From the NCBI GenBank assembly GCA_965247115.1, contig CBDFGR010000003.1, positions 1,600,001 through 1,664,000 of the forward strand: a stretch of DNA of 64,000 nucleotides. The letters run 5' to 3'. How positions within the stretch are numbered: the first letter of the stretch is position 1; every line of letters starts with the position of its first letter. Made by a program: the position numbers and the translations under genes. Positions 38,068 to 47,170 of the stretch are shown here, in pieces. Below the pieces are notes generated by a model that saw only the letters and a list, made by a program, of their open reading frames with translations, ran no database searches and was not told where the DNA came from. The stretch comes from Myxococcota bacterium. Its GTDB lineage: Bacteria; Myxococcota_A; UBA9160; SZUA-336.

Positions 38068-39627
38068 ATGAATCCGATCGAGGAGCTCTACGCGCTGCAG
38101 GAGACCACGGGGTACCTCTCCGAGGAAGACCTGCGCGCGCTGAGCAAGAAGCTCGGAGTCCCGCTCTACGAGCTCGAGGGGATCTCGAGCTTCTATCCTC
38201 ACTTTCGCCGCACGCCGCCACCACCCTATCGGGTGAGCGCCTGCCGCGATCTGGCCTGTCACCTGCGCGACGGCGATCGGGTGCTCGCGAAGCTCGCGTC
38301 GCTGTGCGAGCGACGGGACGACGTCGAGTTCGAGGAGATCTCCTGCCCCGGGCTGTGCGACCGCGCACCCGCGTGTCTGCTCAATGACCTACCGATAGCA
38401 CCCGACGAGGTGGAGGAGCAGCTGGCGGCCCCGCCCATCTCGTTCGATGCCCAACCCGCTGGCCCGCAGCGGCGCTGGCAGAGCGACCCGTATGCGGTCC
38501 CCGAAGAGCACTACGGCGAGCTCAGGAAGCGGGTCGAGTCCCGCGACTTCGACGGCGTGATCGCACGGGTCAGCGAATCGGGTCTGCGGGGACTCGGGGG
38601 AGCCGGCTTTCCCACCGGACGCAAGTGGGAGATGGTTCGGAGCGCGTCGGCGGCGCCAAAGTACGTGATCGGAAACGCTGATGAGAGCGAGCCGGGAGCG
38701 TTCAAGGACCGCGTGATCCTCGAGGAGCTGCCACACCTCGTGATCGAGGGCATGGCGCTCGCAGGCCTGGCGGTGGGTGCGGAGCAGGGCTGGATCTACA
38801 TCCGCCACGAGTACCAGGGTCCCTGCGCCGCTCTTCGACGCGCGATCGACTCGGCCTACGAGCGAGGTGTGCTCGGGGAGAGCGTGTGCGGCTCGGAGCT
38901 CCGCTTCGACCTGCAAATCTTCGTCTCGCCGGGCGGCTACATCCTCGGTGACGAGACGGCCCTGCTCGAGGCGCTGGAGGGTCGGCGCGGCGAGCCGCGC
39001 AACAAGCCCCCGTTTCCCGGTGTTGCTGGGTTCCACGGCAAGCCCACGCTGATCAACAACGTGGAGACCCTTGCGCACGTGCCGAGGATCCTCCGCACGG
39101 GGAGGGCGGACCTCAAGTTCTTCAGCGTGAGTGGAGACGTGAACGAGCCGGGTGTCGTCGAGGCTCCGCTCGGAATCCGGCTACAAGAGCTCATCGAACG
39201 CTCGGGCGGAATGCGTGCCGGCAAGCAGCTTCTTGCCTTCCTGCCGGGGGGGGCCAGCACGGGCTTCCTCCCTGGCACTCGCGCCGATGTGTGTATGGAC
39301 TGGGAGCCGCTGCGGGAGGCTGGCTCTGCGCTCGGTGCCGGGGCGGTCGTGATCGTCGGAACCGGAGCCGATCTTCTCGAGCTCGGGCGCAACCTCACTG
39401 CCTTCTTTCGCAACGAGTCGTGTGGCAAGTGCGTACCGTGCCGAATCGGCACGGAGAAGGCAGTCGTGCTGATCGAGCAGCGACGCGAGGAGACGCTCGC
39501 GCTCCTGCCGGAGCTCGACCTCGCGCTGCGCGAGACCTCGCTCTGCGGGCTGGGTCAGGTGGCGCTGACACCCGTCCTGAGCATCTTGGAGCACTTCCCT
39601 GAGGCCGGGCGCGGGACGAGCGGATGA
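38068..39627 (+). CDS. NuoE/NuoF-like fusion (diaphorase subunit of NAD-dependent formate dehydrogenase, FdsG+FdsB-like)
   Basis: N-terminal 2Fe-2S Cys motifs CRDLAC and CPGLC. SGLRGLGGAGFPTGRKW, NADESEPG, ESCGKCVPCRIG, SLCGLG. Confidence 0.9.
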   Translation: MNPIEELYALQETTGYLSEEDLRALSKKLGVPLYELEGISSFYPHFRRTPPPPYRVSACRDLACHLRDGDRVLAKLASLCERRDDVEFEEISCPGLCDRAPACLLNDLPIAPDEVEEQLAAPPISFDAQPAGPQRRWQSDPYAVPEEHYGELRKRVESRDFDGVIARVSESGLRGLGGAGFPTGRKWEMVRSASAAPKYVIGNADESEPGAFKDRVILEELPHLVIEGMALAGLAVGAEQGWIYIRHEYQGPCAALRRAIDSAYERGVLGESVCGSELRFDLQIFVSPGGYILGDETALLEALEGRRGEPRNKPPFPGVAGFHGKPTLINNVETLAHVPRILRTGRADLKFFSVSGDVNEPGVVEAPLGIRLQELIERSGGMRAGKQLLAFLPGGASTGFLPGTRADVCMDWEPLREAGSALGAGAVVIVGTGADLLELGRNLTAFFRNESCGKCVPCRIGTEKAVVLIEQRREETLALLPELDLALRETSLCGLGQVALTPVLSILEHFPEAGRGTSG

Positions 39628-42410
39628 GCGTCAGCCTGCAGATCGATGGGCGGGAAGTCACGGTCCCCGAGGGATCCACGATCTGGGAGGCGGCCCGGCA
39701 GGCCGACATCGAAATCCCCACCCTGTGCCACGACCCCGGTCTCCGGCCTGTCGGCGTGTGCAGGATGTGCGTCGTAGAAGTCGAGGGGTCGCGCGTGATG
39801 GCCGCCTCCTGTGTGCGCGAGGTCGAGCCGGAGATGGTCGTCAGGACCGCGAGTGAGAAGGTCGAGCGCTGCCGCGGCGTGCTGACCGAGCTCTTGATGT
39901 CCGAGCAGCCCGAGGAGTCTCCAAAGGAGAGCACCACGGCGGACGACCAGCTCTTTGCTCTCGCGCGACGGTACGGCGTGGGGCAACGGCTGCCGCGCGG
40001 GAACTCGCGACCGCTCGACGGCTCGTCCAAGGTAATCGACGTCGACCACCAGGCTTGCATTCTGTGCGATCGTTGCATACGCGCCTGTGACGAGGTCCAG
40101 CACAACGACGTGATCGGACGCACAGGCAAGGGCTACACCGCGCGCATCTCCTTCGACCTCGACCAGGAAATGGGCCAGTCCAGCTGCGTGAGCTGCGGGG
40201 AGTGCGTGGCTGCATGTCCCACGGGAGCGCTCACCAACAAGGCCGTCTCTGCCCCGCTCCGCCCTCGCACCGAGCTCGAGTCGGTCGACACGGTCTGCCC
40301 TTATTGTGGGGTGGGCTGCGCGCTGACGTATCACGTCGAGCGGGAGCAGAACCGGGTGGTCTTTGCCGAGGGGAGGGAGAGCCCTGGCAACCAGGGCCGT
40401 CTGTGCGTCAAGGGGCGCTACGGCTTCGACTACGTCTCACACCCGCACCGGCTGACCGTTCCGTTGATCCGCGTCGACTACCCCAAGCGCGCCCTCTCCT
40501 CTGAGGTCGAGAGCTCCGAGCGCCGCCGCAGGAAGCCGGGTGGAGTCGTCGACTACGACGAGGTGCTGCCGGCCTTCCGCGAAGCGAGCTGGGACGAGGC
40601 TCTCGATCTGGTGGCGACGCGCCTCCTCGAGATTCGGGAGCGTTCCGGGAGCGAGGTGCTCGCCGGTTTTGGCTCAGCCAAGTGCAGCAACGAGGAGGCC
40701 TACCTCTTCCAAAAGCTCGTGAGAGCGGTCTTCGGCACGAACAACGTCGATCACTGCACGCGACTGTGTCACGCCTCGTCTGTCGCCGCTCTTCTCCAGA
40801 TGATCGGCTCTGCCGCGGTGACCACCACGTACGGGGACATCCGCAATTCAGACGTCGCACTGATCACCGGTACGAACACCACAGAGAATCACCCCGTCGC
40901 AGCGACATTCTTCAAGGACGCTGCGCGCAAGGGAACCCGCCTCATCGTCGTCGATCCTCGCCGGAGCGGAATCTCGGATCACGCGTGGCGCTTCTGTCAG
41001 ATCCGCTCGGGCACCGATGTCGCCTTCTACAACGGACTGATGAACATCATCATCGAGGAAGGACTGACGGACGAGTCCTACATCGCCAATCGCACGACGG
41101 GCTTCGCAGAGCTCGCGCAAACGGTCAAGACGTACACGCCGGAGCGAGTGAGCGGCATCTGTGGCGTACCCGTGGAGCTGCTGCGCGAGGTGGCGATCAC
41201 CTACGGCAAGGCGAGGGCAGCGATCACGTTCTGGGGCATGGGGATGAGCCAGCACGTGCACGGCACCGACAACTGCCGCTGCCTGATCTCTCTCGCGCTG
41301 ATTACCGGCAACGTCGGCCGTTCCGGGGCGGGGCTCCACCCTCTGCGGGGTCAGAACAACGTACAGGGCGCCTCTGACGCTGGCCTGATCCCGATGAGCT
41401 ACCCGGGCTATCAGCCCGTCACATCCGAGCCGGTGCGCGCGAAGTTTGAGGCCGGATGGGGCACCCCGCTGGATCCCCGAACCGGTCTCACCTCGGTAGA
41501 GATCATCGAGGGAGCGCGGGACGGGATCATCAAGGGCATGTACATGCTCGGTGAGAATCCCTTCCTATCGGAGCCGAACACCAACGAGGTACGCAAGGGC
41601 CTCACGAACCTGGAGTTCCTGGCCGTTCAGGACATCTTCCTCACCGAGACGGCGGAGTTCGCGGACGTGGTGCTACCTGCGACCTCAGCGCTCGAGAAGA
41701 CGGGAACCTATACGAACACCGACCGGCGCGTGCAGATCGGCCGACCCGCCCTCGAACCTCCCGGCGAGGCCCGCCTCGACTGGGAGATCATCTGCGAGAT
41801 CTCCACCCGCATGGGCTACCCCATGCACTATGCAGATGCGTCCGAGATCTTCGACGAAATCGTCTCGGTGACCGACTCTCACCGCGGCCTCTCTTACGAG
41901 AAGCTCGGCAGCACGGGCAAGCTCTACCCTTGCCCGAATCCGGACGAGTCGGATGGAACGGTCGTGATGTTCGGCGATGGCTTCCCGACCGAGGATGGCC
42001 GCGCACGATTCGTCGCCGCGGAGCACTCCGGCGCAGACGAGCTGCCCGATACGGAGTACCCCTTCATCCTGGTGACCGGACGCGTTCTCGAACACTGGCA
42101 TACGGGTGTGATGACCCGTCGCTCGCGCGCGCTGTCTGCCATCCAGCCAGAATCCTTCGTCGAGGTCCACCCCGAGGACTGCGCGAAGCTCGGCTTGGAC
42201 GACGCCGACTTTGTACGCGTTCGCTCGCGCCGCGGCGAGGTATCCCTGCAGGTGCGCAGGGGAACCAGGACCCAGCCCGGCTCGGTCTTCATCCCCTTCC
42301 ACTACCGCGAGGCGGCCGCCAACGTGCTCACCACAGACAAGCTCGACCCCGACGGCAAGATCCCCGAGTTCAAGTTCTGCGCGGTGCAGCTCGAGCCGGC
42401 CGAGCTCTGA
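39624..42410 (+). CDS. fdhF: Formate dehydrogenase alpha subunit (NAD-linked type, Cys ligand)
   Basis: IPTLCH, CRMCVVE, CILCDRC, CVSCGEC, CPYCGVGC, LCVKG, NNVDHCTRLCHA, PLRGQNNVQG, IPEFK. Confidence 0.95.
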   Translation: MSVSLQIDGREVTVPEGSTIWEAARQADIEIPTLCHDPGLRPVGVCRMCVVEVEGSRVMAASCVREVEPEMVVRTASEKVERCRGVLTELLMSEQPEESPKESTTADDQLFALARRYGVGQRLPRGNSRPLDGSSKVIDVDHQACILCDRCIRACDEVQHNDVIGRTGKGYTARISFDLDQEMGQSSCVSCGECVAACPTGALTNKAVSAPLRPRTELESVDTVCPYCGVGCALTYHVEREQNRVVFAEGRESPGNQGRLCVKGRYGFDYVSHPHRLTVPLIRVDYPKRALSSEVESSERRRRKPGGVVDYDEVLPAFREASWDEALDLVATRLLEIRERSGSEVLAGFGSAKCSNEEAYLFQKLVRAVFGTNNVDHCTRLCHASSVAALLQMIGSAAVTTTYGDIRNSDVALITGTNTTENHPVAATFFKDAARKGTRLIVVDPRRSGISDHAWRFCQIRSGTDVAFYNGLMNIIIEEGLTDESYIANRTTGFAELAQTVKTYTPERVSGICGVPVELLREVAITYGKARAAITFWGMGMSQHVHGTDNCRCLISLALITGNVGRSGAGLHPLRGQNNVQGASDAGLIPMSYPGYQPVTSEPVRAKFEAGWGTPLDPRTGLTSVEIIEGARDGIIKGMYMLGENPFLSEPNTNEVRKGLTNLEFLAVQDIFLTETAEFADVVLPATSALEKTGTYTNTDRRVQIGRPALEPPGEARLDWEIICEISTRMGYPMHYADASEIFDEIVSVTDSHRGLSYEKLGSTGKLYPCPNPDESDGTVVMFGDGFPTEDGRARFVAAEHSGADELPDTEYPFILVTGRVLEHWHTGVMTRRSRALSAIQPESFVEVHPEDCAKLGLDDADFVRVRSRRGEVSLQVRRGTRTQPGSVFIPFHYREAAANVLTTDKLDPDGKIPEFKFCAVQLEPAEL

Positions 42411-43150
42411 GGCTCATCGAGGCACTCGGCCTCGGGACCCCGCCCGAGCTCGTTGCGATCGTTGGTGGCGGAGGCAAGAGCAGCCTCATGTTCGCGCTCG
42501 CCGAGCAGCTTCCCGGCCGCGTGGTGTTGACCACGACCACGCGCATCTTCGCGGCGCAGAGGCGCCAGGCCACCGAATCCTGCAGCATGGAGGACCAGAG
42601 CTGGGAAGACCGACTCGAAACGTTCGAGTCGAGCATGCTCGTGGTGGCGGGAGTCGAGGGAGACAGGGCCGTGGGGGTGCCTCCCGAGCTCCCATCCCAG
42701 CTGTTGGCCCGCCCGGGCGTGGATTGGGTCGTGGTCGAGGCCGACGGCTCCCGCATGCTCCCCGTCAAGGCCCCGGCCGCTCACGAACCGGTGGTCCCCG
42801 TCGAGACCACGCTGCTGATTCCGGTCGTCGGCATCGACGCTCTCTCTGGGCCGATTCGCGACGTTGCGCACCGCCCCGAGCTCGTGAGCGCGATCACCGG
42901 CCTGACTCTCGACCAGACGCTGACTCCGGACGCGCTTGCAGTGCTGCTCACGTCGCGGCGAGGCGGAATGAAGGACGCCCCACCCGACGCACGCGTCGTT
43001 GTGCTGATCAACAAGGTGGAGTCCGCAGCGCAGCTCGAGCTTGCAAACGCCGTCGCGGGCAGTGTCCTTCGCGACACCTGCGTACGGCGCGTCGTGATTG
43101 GAGCGCTCGCAGGCGCTCCTTCCGCGAACTGGCTCGTCTGCGCGCGCTGA
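42407..43150 (+). CDS. yqeC: YqeC-family selenium/molybdenum-hydroxylase accessory protein
   Basis: VAIVGGGGKSSLM, TTTTRI, VEADGSRMLPVKAPAAHEPVVP, HRPE, INKVE. Probable CTG start overlapping the fdhF TGA. Confidence 0.85.
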   Translation: MRLIEALGLGTPPELVAIVGGGGKSSLMFALAEQLPGRVVLTTTTRIFAAQRRQATESCSMEDQSWEDRLETFESSMLVVAGVEGDRAVGVPPELPSQLLARPGVDWVVVEADGSRMLPVKAPAAHEPVVPVETTLLIPVVGIDALSGPIRDVAHRPELVSAITGLTLDQTLTPDALAVLLTSRRGGMKDAPPDARVVVLINKVESAAQLELANAVAGSVLRDTCVRRVVIGALAGAPSANWLVCAR

Positions 43151-43169
43151 GGGACCAGAGACTCTCGGG

Positions 43170-44483
43170 TCAGATCTGGATCCGTTCCCAGCGGCCCGAG
43201 GAGAAACGCCATACCATCAGCGCGCTCAGCACTCCCGCATAGACAGCACCCGCGATCCACCCGCCCAGCACTCCCCCCTGGAGCGCGACTCCGAAGAGCC
43301 ACGTGAGCGGCACGAACAGGCCCCAGGCCAGCGAGGCGTGGATGAGGAACGGCCAGCGAGTGTCGCCCGCTCCGCGCAAGGAGCCTCCCGCAACAATGCC
43401 GAACGTGTCGAACAGCTGAAAGAGCGCCCCGGTTACGGCGAGACTCTGCCCGATCGTGACGACCGCAGGGTCGTTCGTGAACACCCGCAACAACCACTCG
43501 GGAATGGCGATGAAGAGCGCGCCCACCAGGATGCCGAGCCCCGCTGCGAGCTTCTGCGAGGACACGTAGCTCTTGCGCGCGGAGGGCAGATCGCGGGCGC
43601 CGATGTAACGCCCGACCAGGGTCGAGGCGGCCACCGAGATACCCATCGCCTGCATGAACGAGAGCGAGAGCAGCACGACGAAGGCCTGCGATGCTGCGGC
43701 GGAGGCATCACCCATGCGCGCGATCACGGTCGAGAACACCGCGAACGAGAGCTCCCCGAGCATCCACTCTCCGCCGATCGGCGCGCCGGTGCGGAGCAGG
43801 CGGCGCATCTGGCGCAGATCCGGAGCGACAGGAGCGGTGGCGTAGAGGCGCGCAATCCTCTGGCGCCGAAACGCCACCCACAAGACCACGCAGTAGACCC
43901 ACTGTCCGATGGCCGTGGCGACCCCTGCGCCGACGATCCCGAGCTCGGGAAGTCCGAGCTCGCCGAAGATCAGTCCGTAGTCGAGCACGGCGTTGATTGC
44001 GTTCGCGACCAGGGTTGCGTAGAGAGGCGTGCGCGTATCCCCGTGTCCACGGAAGAACGACGACAGCACGAACGCGATCGCAAGTCCCGGCGCCCCGAAG
44101 AGCACGGGCACGACGTAGAGCTCGGCAGCAGTCTGCATCTCGGCAGAGGGACCCGCCCATGCGAGCAGCGGTCCGATGGCCCAGCCGATCGCGATGGCGG
44201 CTACGAGGACCGGCAGGATCACCACGTAGAGTGCCTGCCAGGCCCAGGCGCCGCACTCCTCGTTCCGGCCCGCTCCCCAGGTCTGCGCAACGAAGGTCTG
44301 TGCGACGCTGGCGGTGCCGAAGAAGAAGTTGAATGCCGTCCATACCCAGACCGCGCCAAACCCCGTGGCGGCGAGCTCCGTGGCGCCGAGCCTCCCCACG
44401 AGAGCGGCGTCGATCACTCCCATCGCCGTGAACGAGAGCTGAGTGAGGATGGCCGGAATCGCGAGACCGATGACCTCGCGCAC
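43170..44483 (-). CDS. MATE family efflux transporter
   Basis: LAIPAIL, D...VGRLG..ELAA, FFRGHGDTRTP, LDYGLIFG..GLPELG, LRGAGDTR. Confidence 0.92.
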   Translation of the reverse strand: MREVIGLAIPAILTQLSFTAMGVIDAALVGRLGATELAATGFGAVWVWTAFNFFFGTASVAQTFVAQTWGAGRNEECGAWAWQALYVVILPVLVAAIAIGWAIGPLLAWAGPSAEMQTAAELYVVPVLFGAPGLAIAFVLSSFFRGHGDTRTPLYATLVANAINAVLDYGLIFGELGLPELGIVGAGVATAIGQWVYCVVLWVAFRRQRIARLYATAPVAPDLRQMRRLLRTGAPIGGEWMLGELSFAVFSTVIARMGDASAAASQAFVVLLSLSFMQAMGISVAASTLVGRYIGARDLPSARKSYVSSQKLAAGLGILVGALFIAIPEWLLRVFTNDPAVVTIGQSLAVTGALFQLFDTFGIVAGGSLRGAGDTRWPFLIHASLAWGLFVPLTWLFGVALQGGVLGGWIAGAVYAGVLSALMVWRFSSGRWERIQI

Positions 44484-44676
44484 CCCGCCGCGTCTCTCGA
44501 CAGCGGCCTCCTCCGCTGTCGCGGTTACTTCCCTGCTTCTCAGAGCTCTGCCTCGCTACGCTCGCCTGGGCCGCAACCTGCCTGTGAGGGGCGACTTGCG
44601 CAAGCCCATTCCGCTCAGTCGTGGGCTCACCGGATGGTAGAGTGGCTCCTCCGCTTCTGGAGACCGACGAACTGAC

Positions 44677-45990
44677 GTGACGCGCTATCGGGGGATCCAC
44701 GAGCTCTACCGCGAGGACCCGGTCGGGGCCGACCGGAAGATCTGGGGTCGAAGGGCCGATCCGTTGACCCGTCGTGGCTTTCTCAACGGCGCAGGCTTGC
44801 TGGCCCTTGGCTCCTGCATCGGAGCCTCGATCCCGTTCTCGCACAGGCTGCCCGCTGGACTCATTCCCGCGGCTCTGGCTTCTTCGGACGAGCGCTTCGA
44901 AATTCCAGGGAAGGAGCCGGGCCTCGTCATCCTGAATGATCGTCCGCTCAACGCGGAGACGCCCGCTCACCTGCTGGACGATGACGTCACCCCCGCAGAG
45001 CGTCTGTTCGTCCGGAACAACGGCTTGCCGCCCCAGACCGTCGATCCGAGCGCCTGGCGCCTTATCGTAGAGGGCGAGTCGATCGAGACAAGGCGCACGT
45101 TCTCGCTCGGGGAGCTCGAGCGAGAGTTTGACCGGCACACCTATCGACTCCAGCTCGAGTGCGCGGGGAACGGACGGAGCGAGTTCTACCCGCCAGCAAG
45201 CGGGAATCAATGGACTACAGGAGCGGTGGGCTGCGTCGAGTGGACCGGCATTCGGGTGCGCGACGTGATCCGTTCGTGCGGCCTCCGCCCCGACGCGGTG
45301 TACGTGGCGTATTACGGTGCGGACCGACACCTGAGTGGAGACCCGGACGCCGTGCCGATCTCGCGCGGGGTGCCCCTTGAGAAGGCGCTGCAGGACGAGA
45401 CGCTGCTCGCGTGGTCGATGAACGGGCTGGTGATCCCTCCGTTGCACGGTCCTCCACTCAGGCTCGTGTGTGGAGGCTGGCCCGGCTCGAGCTCGGGCAA
45501 GTGGCTCACGAAGATCGCGGTTCGGGACCGCGTTCACGACGGGCCAAAGATGGGAGGCAAGAGCTACCGCCTCCCCTGCGGTCCCGTCGCAGCCGGCGTC
45601 GACGTGACCGACGACCAGATGTGCATCATCGAGTCGATGCCAGTGAAGTCGCTACTCACCTTCCCCAGGTCTGGGAGCGTACATGCGCTCGCGAAACCGC
45701 TGGCTCTGCGCGGTCACGCCTGGGCGGGAGAGCGCTCCACCGCACGCGTCGACGTCTCGATGGACTTCGGCCAGACCTGGCTGCCCTGTCAGCTCGATGC
45801 TGCGCCCAACCGTCTGGCGTGGCAGCGCTTCAGTACCGCGCTCCGCTTCCCGAGGCCCGGCTACTACGAGCTGTGGGCACGGGCGACGGACGATAGAGGC
45901 CGCGCTCAACCGATGGTCGTCCCGGGTTGGAACCCAAGGGGGTACCTGAACAACGCCACCCACCGGATCGCGGTCCAGGTCACAGCGTGA
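44677..45990 (+). CDS. Sulfite oxidase-family molybdoenzyme (SorA/SoxC-like), Tat-exported
   Basis: TRRGFL twin-arginine motif, PLNAETP, FVRNN, LECAGNGR, HGPPLRL..GWPG..SGKW, WNPRGY. Confidence 0.92.
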   Translation: MTRYRGIHELYREDPVGADRKIWGRRADPLTRRGFLNGAGLLALGSCIGASIPFSHRLPAGLIPAALASSDERFEIPGKEPGLVILNDRPLNAETPAHLLDDDVTPAERLFVRNNGLPPQTVDPSAWRLIVEGESIETRRTFSLGELEREFDRHTYRLQLECAGNGRSEFYPPASGNQWTTGAVGCVEWTGIRVRDVIRSCGLRPDAVYVAYYGADRHLSGDPDAVPISRGVPLEKALQDETLLAWSMNGLVIPPLHGPPLRLVCGGWPGSSSGKWLTKIAVRDRVHDGPKMGGKSYRLPCGPVAAGVDVTDDQMCIIESMPVKSLLTFPRSGSVHALAKPLALRGHAWAGERSTARVDVSMDFGQTWLPCQLDAAPNRLAWQRFSTALRFPRPGYYELWARATDDRGRAQPMVVPGWNPRGYLNNATHRIAVQVTA

Positions 45991-46346
45991 GCTGTAGGAC
46001 CGGACTCGTACTGACACTCCTGGTTGCGATCGTCACGCCACAGCTCGGTAGAGCAACGGAACTCGAGGTCGATGCAGAGACGGGATTCGTGGTCGCACCG
46101 GGGTCGGAGCTCGTCCAGGCCAGTTGCACGGCGTGTCACTCGTCGAGGCTGACATTGCAGATGCGTGCGGACCGCGACGGCTGGCTCGAGCTGATTCGCT
46201 GGATGCAGCGTACCCAGAACCTGTGGCAGTTCCCGCCCGCGACCGAGGCCGAGATTGTCGACTACCTTGCCACCCACTACGCTCCGACACTCGCGCGCTT
46301 TCGCCGCCCGCCCCTCGCGCCGTCGCTCCTCCCCCCACCCGAGTGA
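45987..46346 (+). CDS. Small c-type cytochrome (SorB-like partner)
   Basis: Signal peptide, CTACH, W...IRWMQ, IVDYLA.HY. GTGA overlap with the upstream gene. Confidence 0.85.
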   Translation: MSCRTGLVLTLLVAIVTPQLGRATELEVDAETGFVVAPGSELVQASCTACHSSRLTLQMRADRDGWLELIRWMQRTQNLWQFPPATEAEIVDYLATHYAPTLARFRRPPLAPSLLPPPE

Positions 46347-46387
46347 TCCTGAGAGCCTGTCTCTGCGGAGCTCGTGCTCCGGATTCG

Positions 46388-47134
46388 CTAGCGGGGCGAG
46401 TCGAGGAAGTTGTTCAGGACCTTCGCGCCCTGCTCCGGGTCTTCGCACATCCACCAATGCCCGAGGCCCGAGAGGACGGCGACGCTGGCACCCGCGCGCT
46501 CGGCGGAGCGCTGCGCGAGTACCTGGCCACCGGTGTAGGAGTCTTCTGTGGGAATGATCACGAGGCCCGGTCGTGCCGACGCCTTCGGGAACTGCTCGCC
46601 CCAGCGACCCATGGCCGGCTGCGCAGCAGAGCGGTAGAGCGCGAGGATGCACCGGCCCATGTCTTCGTTGACGGCCTTGGCTACGCGCCGCGCCACATCC
46701 TCGCTCATGCCGAGGTCCCGGAACCCCGTCGCCCGTTCGGCCGTCGGCAGCGCGACCATCTGCGCCACCGCCTCCTCGCCGACCTGCGGCGTCTGCCATG
46801 CCTGCGCATAGTCGTGCCAGACGTACTCGGGGTTGAAGCAGCCGGCGATGTCGATCGTCCACGAGCGCAGCAGATCGGGCCGGGAGCAGGCGAGACGTGC
46901 GGCGTGCCCGCCACCCCAGTCGTGGCCGACCAGGTCGACCGGCTCCCCGACTAGCTCGAGCTCGGCCACGAGCCAGCGCACATAGTCGTCGCTCGTCGCA
47001 CCGAAGCCGTCGGGGACCGGCGCGCCAAAGCCGGGCGGTGACAACGAGACCACGTCGCTCCTGCCGAGCCGCGCGCGAAGCTCGTCCCAGATCGCATCGG
47101 TCTCGGGATTGCCGTGCACGAGTACGACCGTCAC
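46388..47134 (-). CDS. Alpha/beta fold hydrolase
   Basis: VLVHGNPET, PPGFG, LVGHDWGG, GLGHWW. Confidence 0.9.
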   Translation of the reverse strand: MTVVLVHGNPETDAIWDELRARLGRSDVVSLSPPGFGAPVPDGFGATSDDYVRWLVAELELVGEPVDLVGHDWGGGHAARLACSRPDLLRSWTIDIAGCFNPEYVWHDYAQAWQTPQVGEEAVAQMVALPTAERATGFRDLGMSEDVARRVAKAVNEDMGRCILALYRSAAQPAMGRWGEQFPKASARPGLVIIPTEDSYTGGQVLAQRSAERAGASVAVLSGLGHWWMCEDPEQGAKVLNNFLDSPR

Positions 47135-47170
47135 GAGCTCATTCCACCACAGCGGGAGCCAGGATGTCGA

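Noticed and set aside
40761..40775. Selenocysteine in formate dehydrogenase
   Set aside because: The ligand codon is TGT (Cys) and the ORF is uninterrupted.
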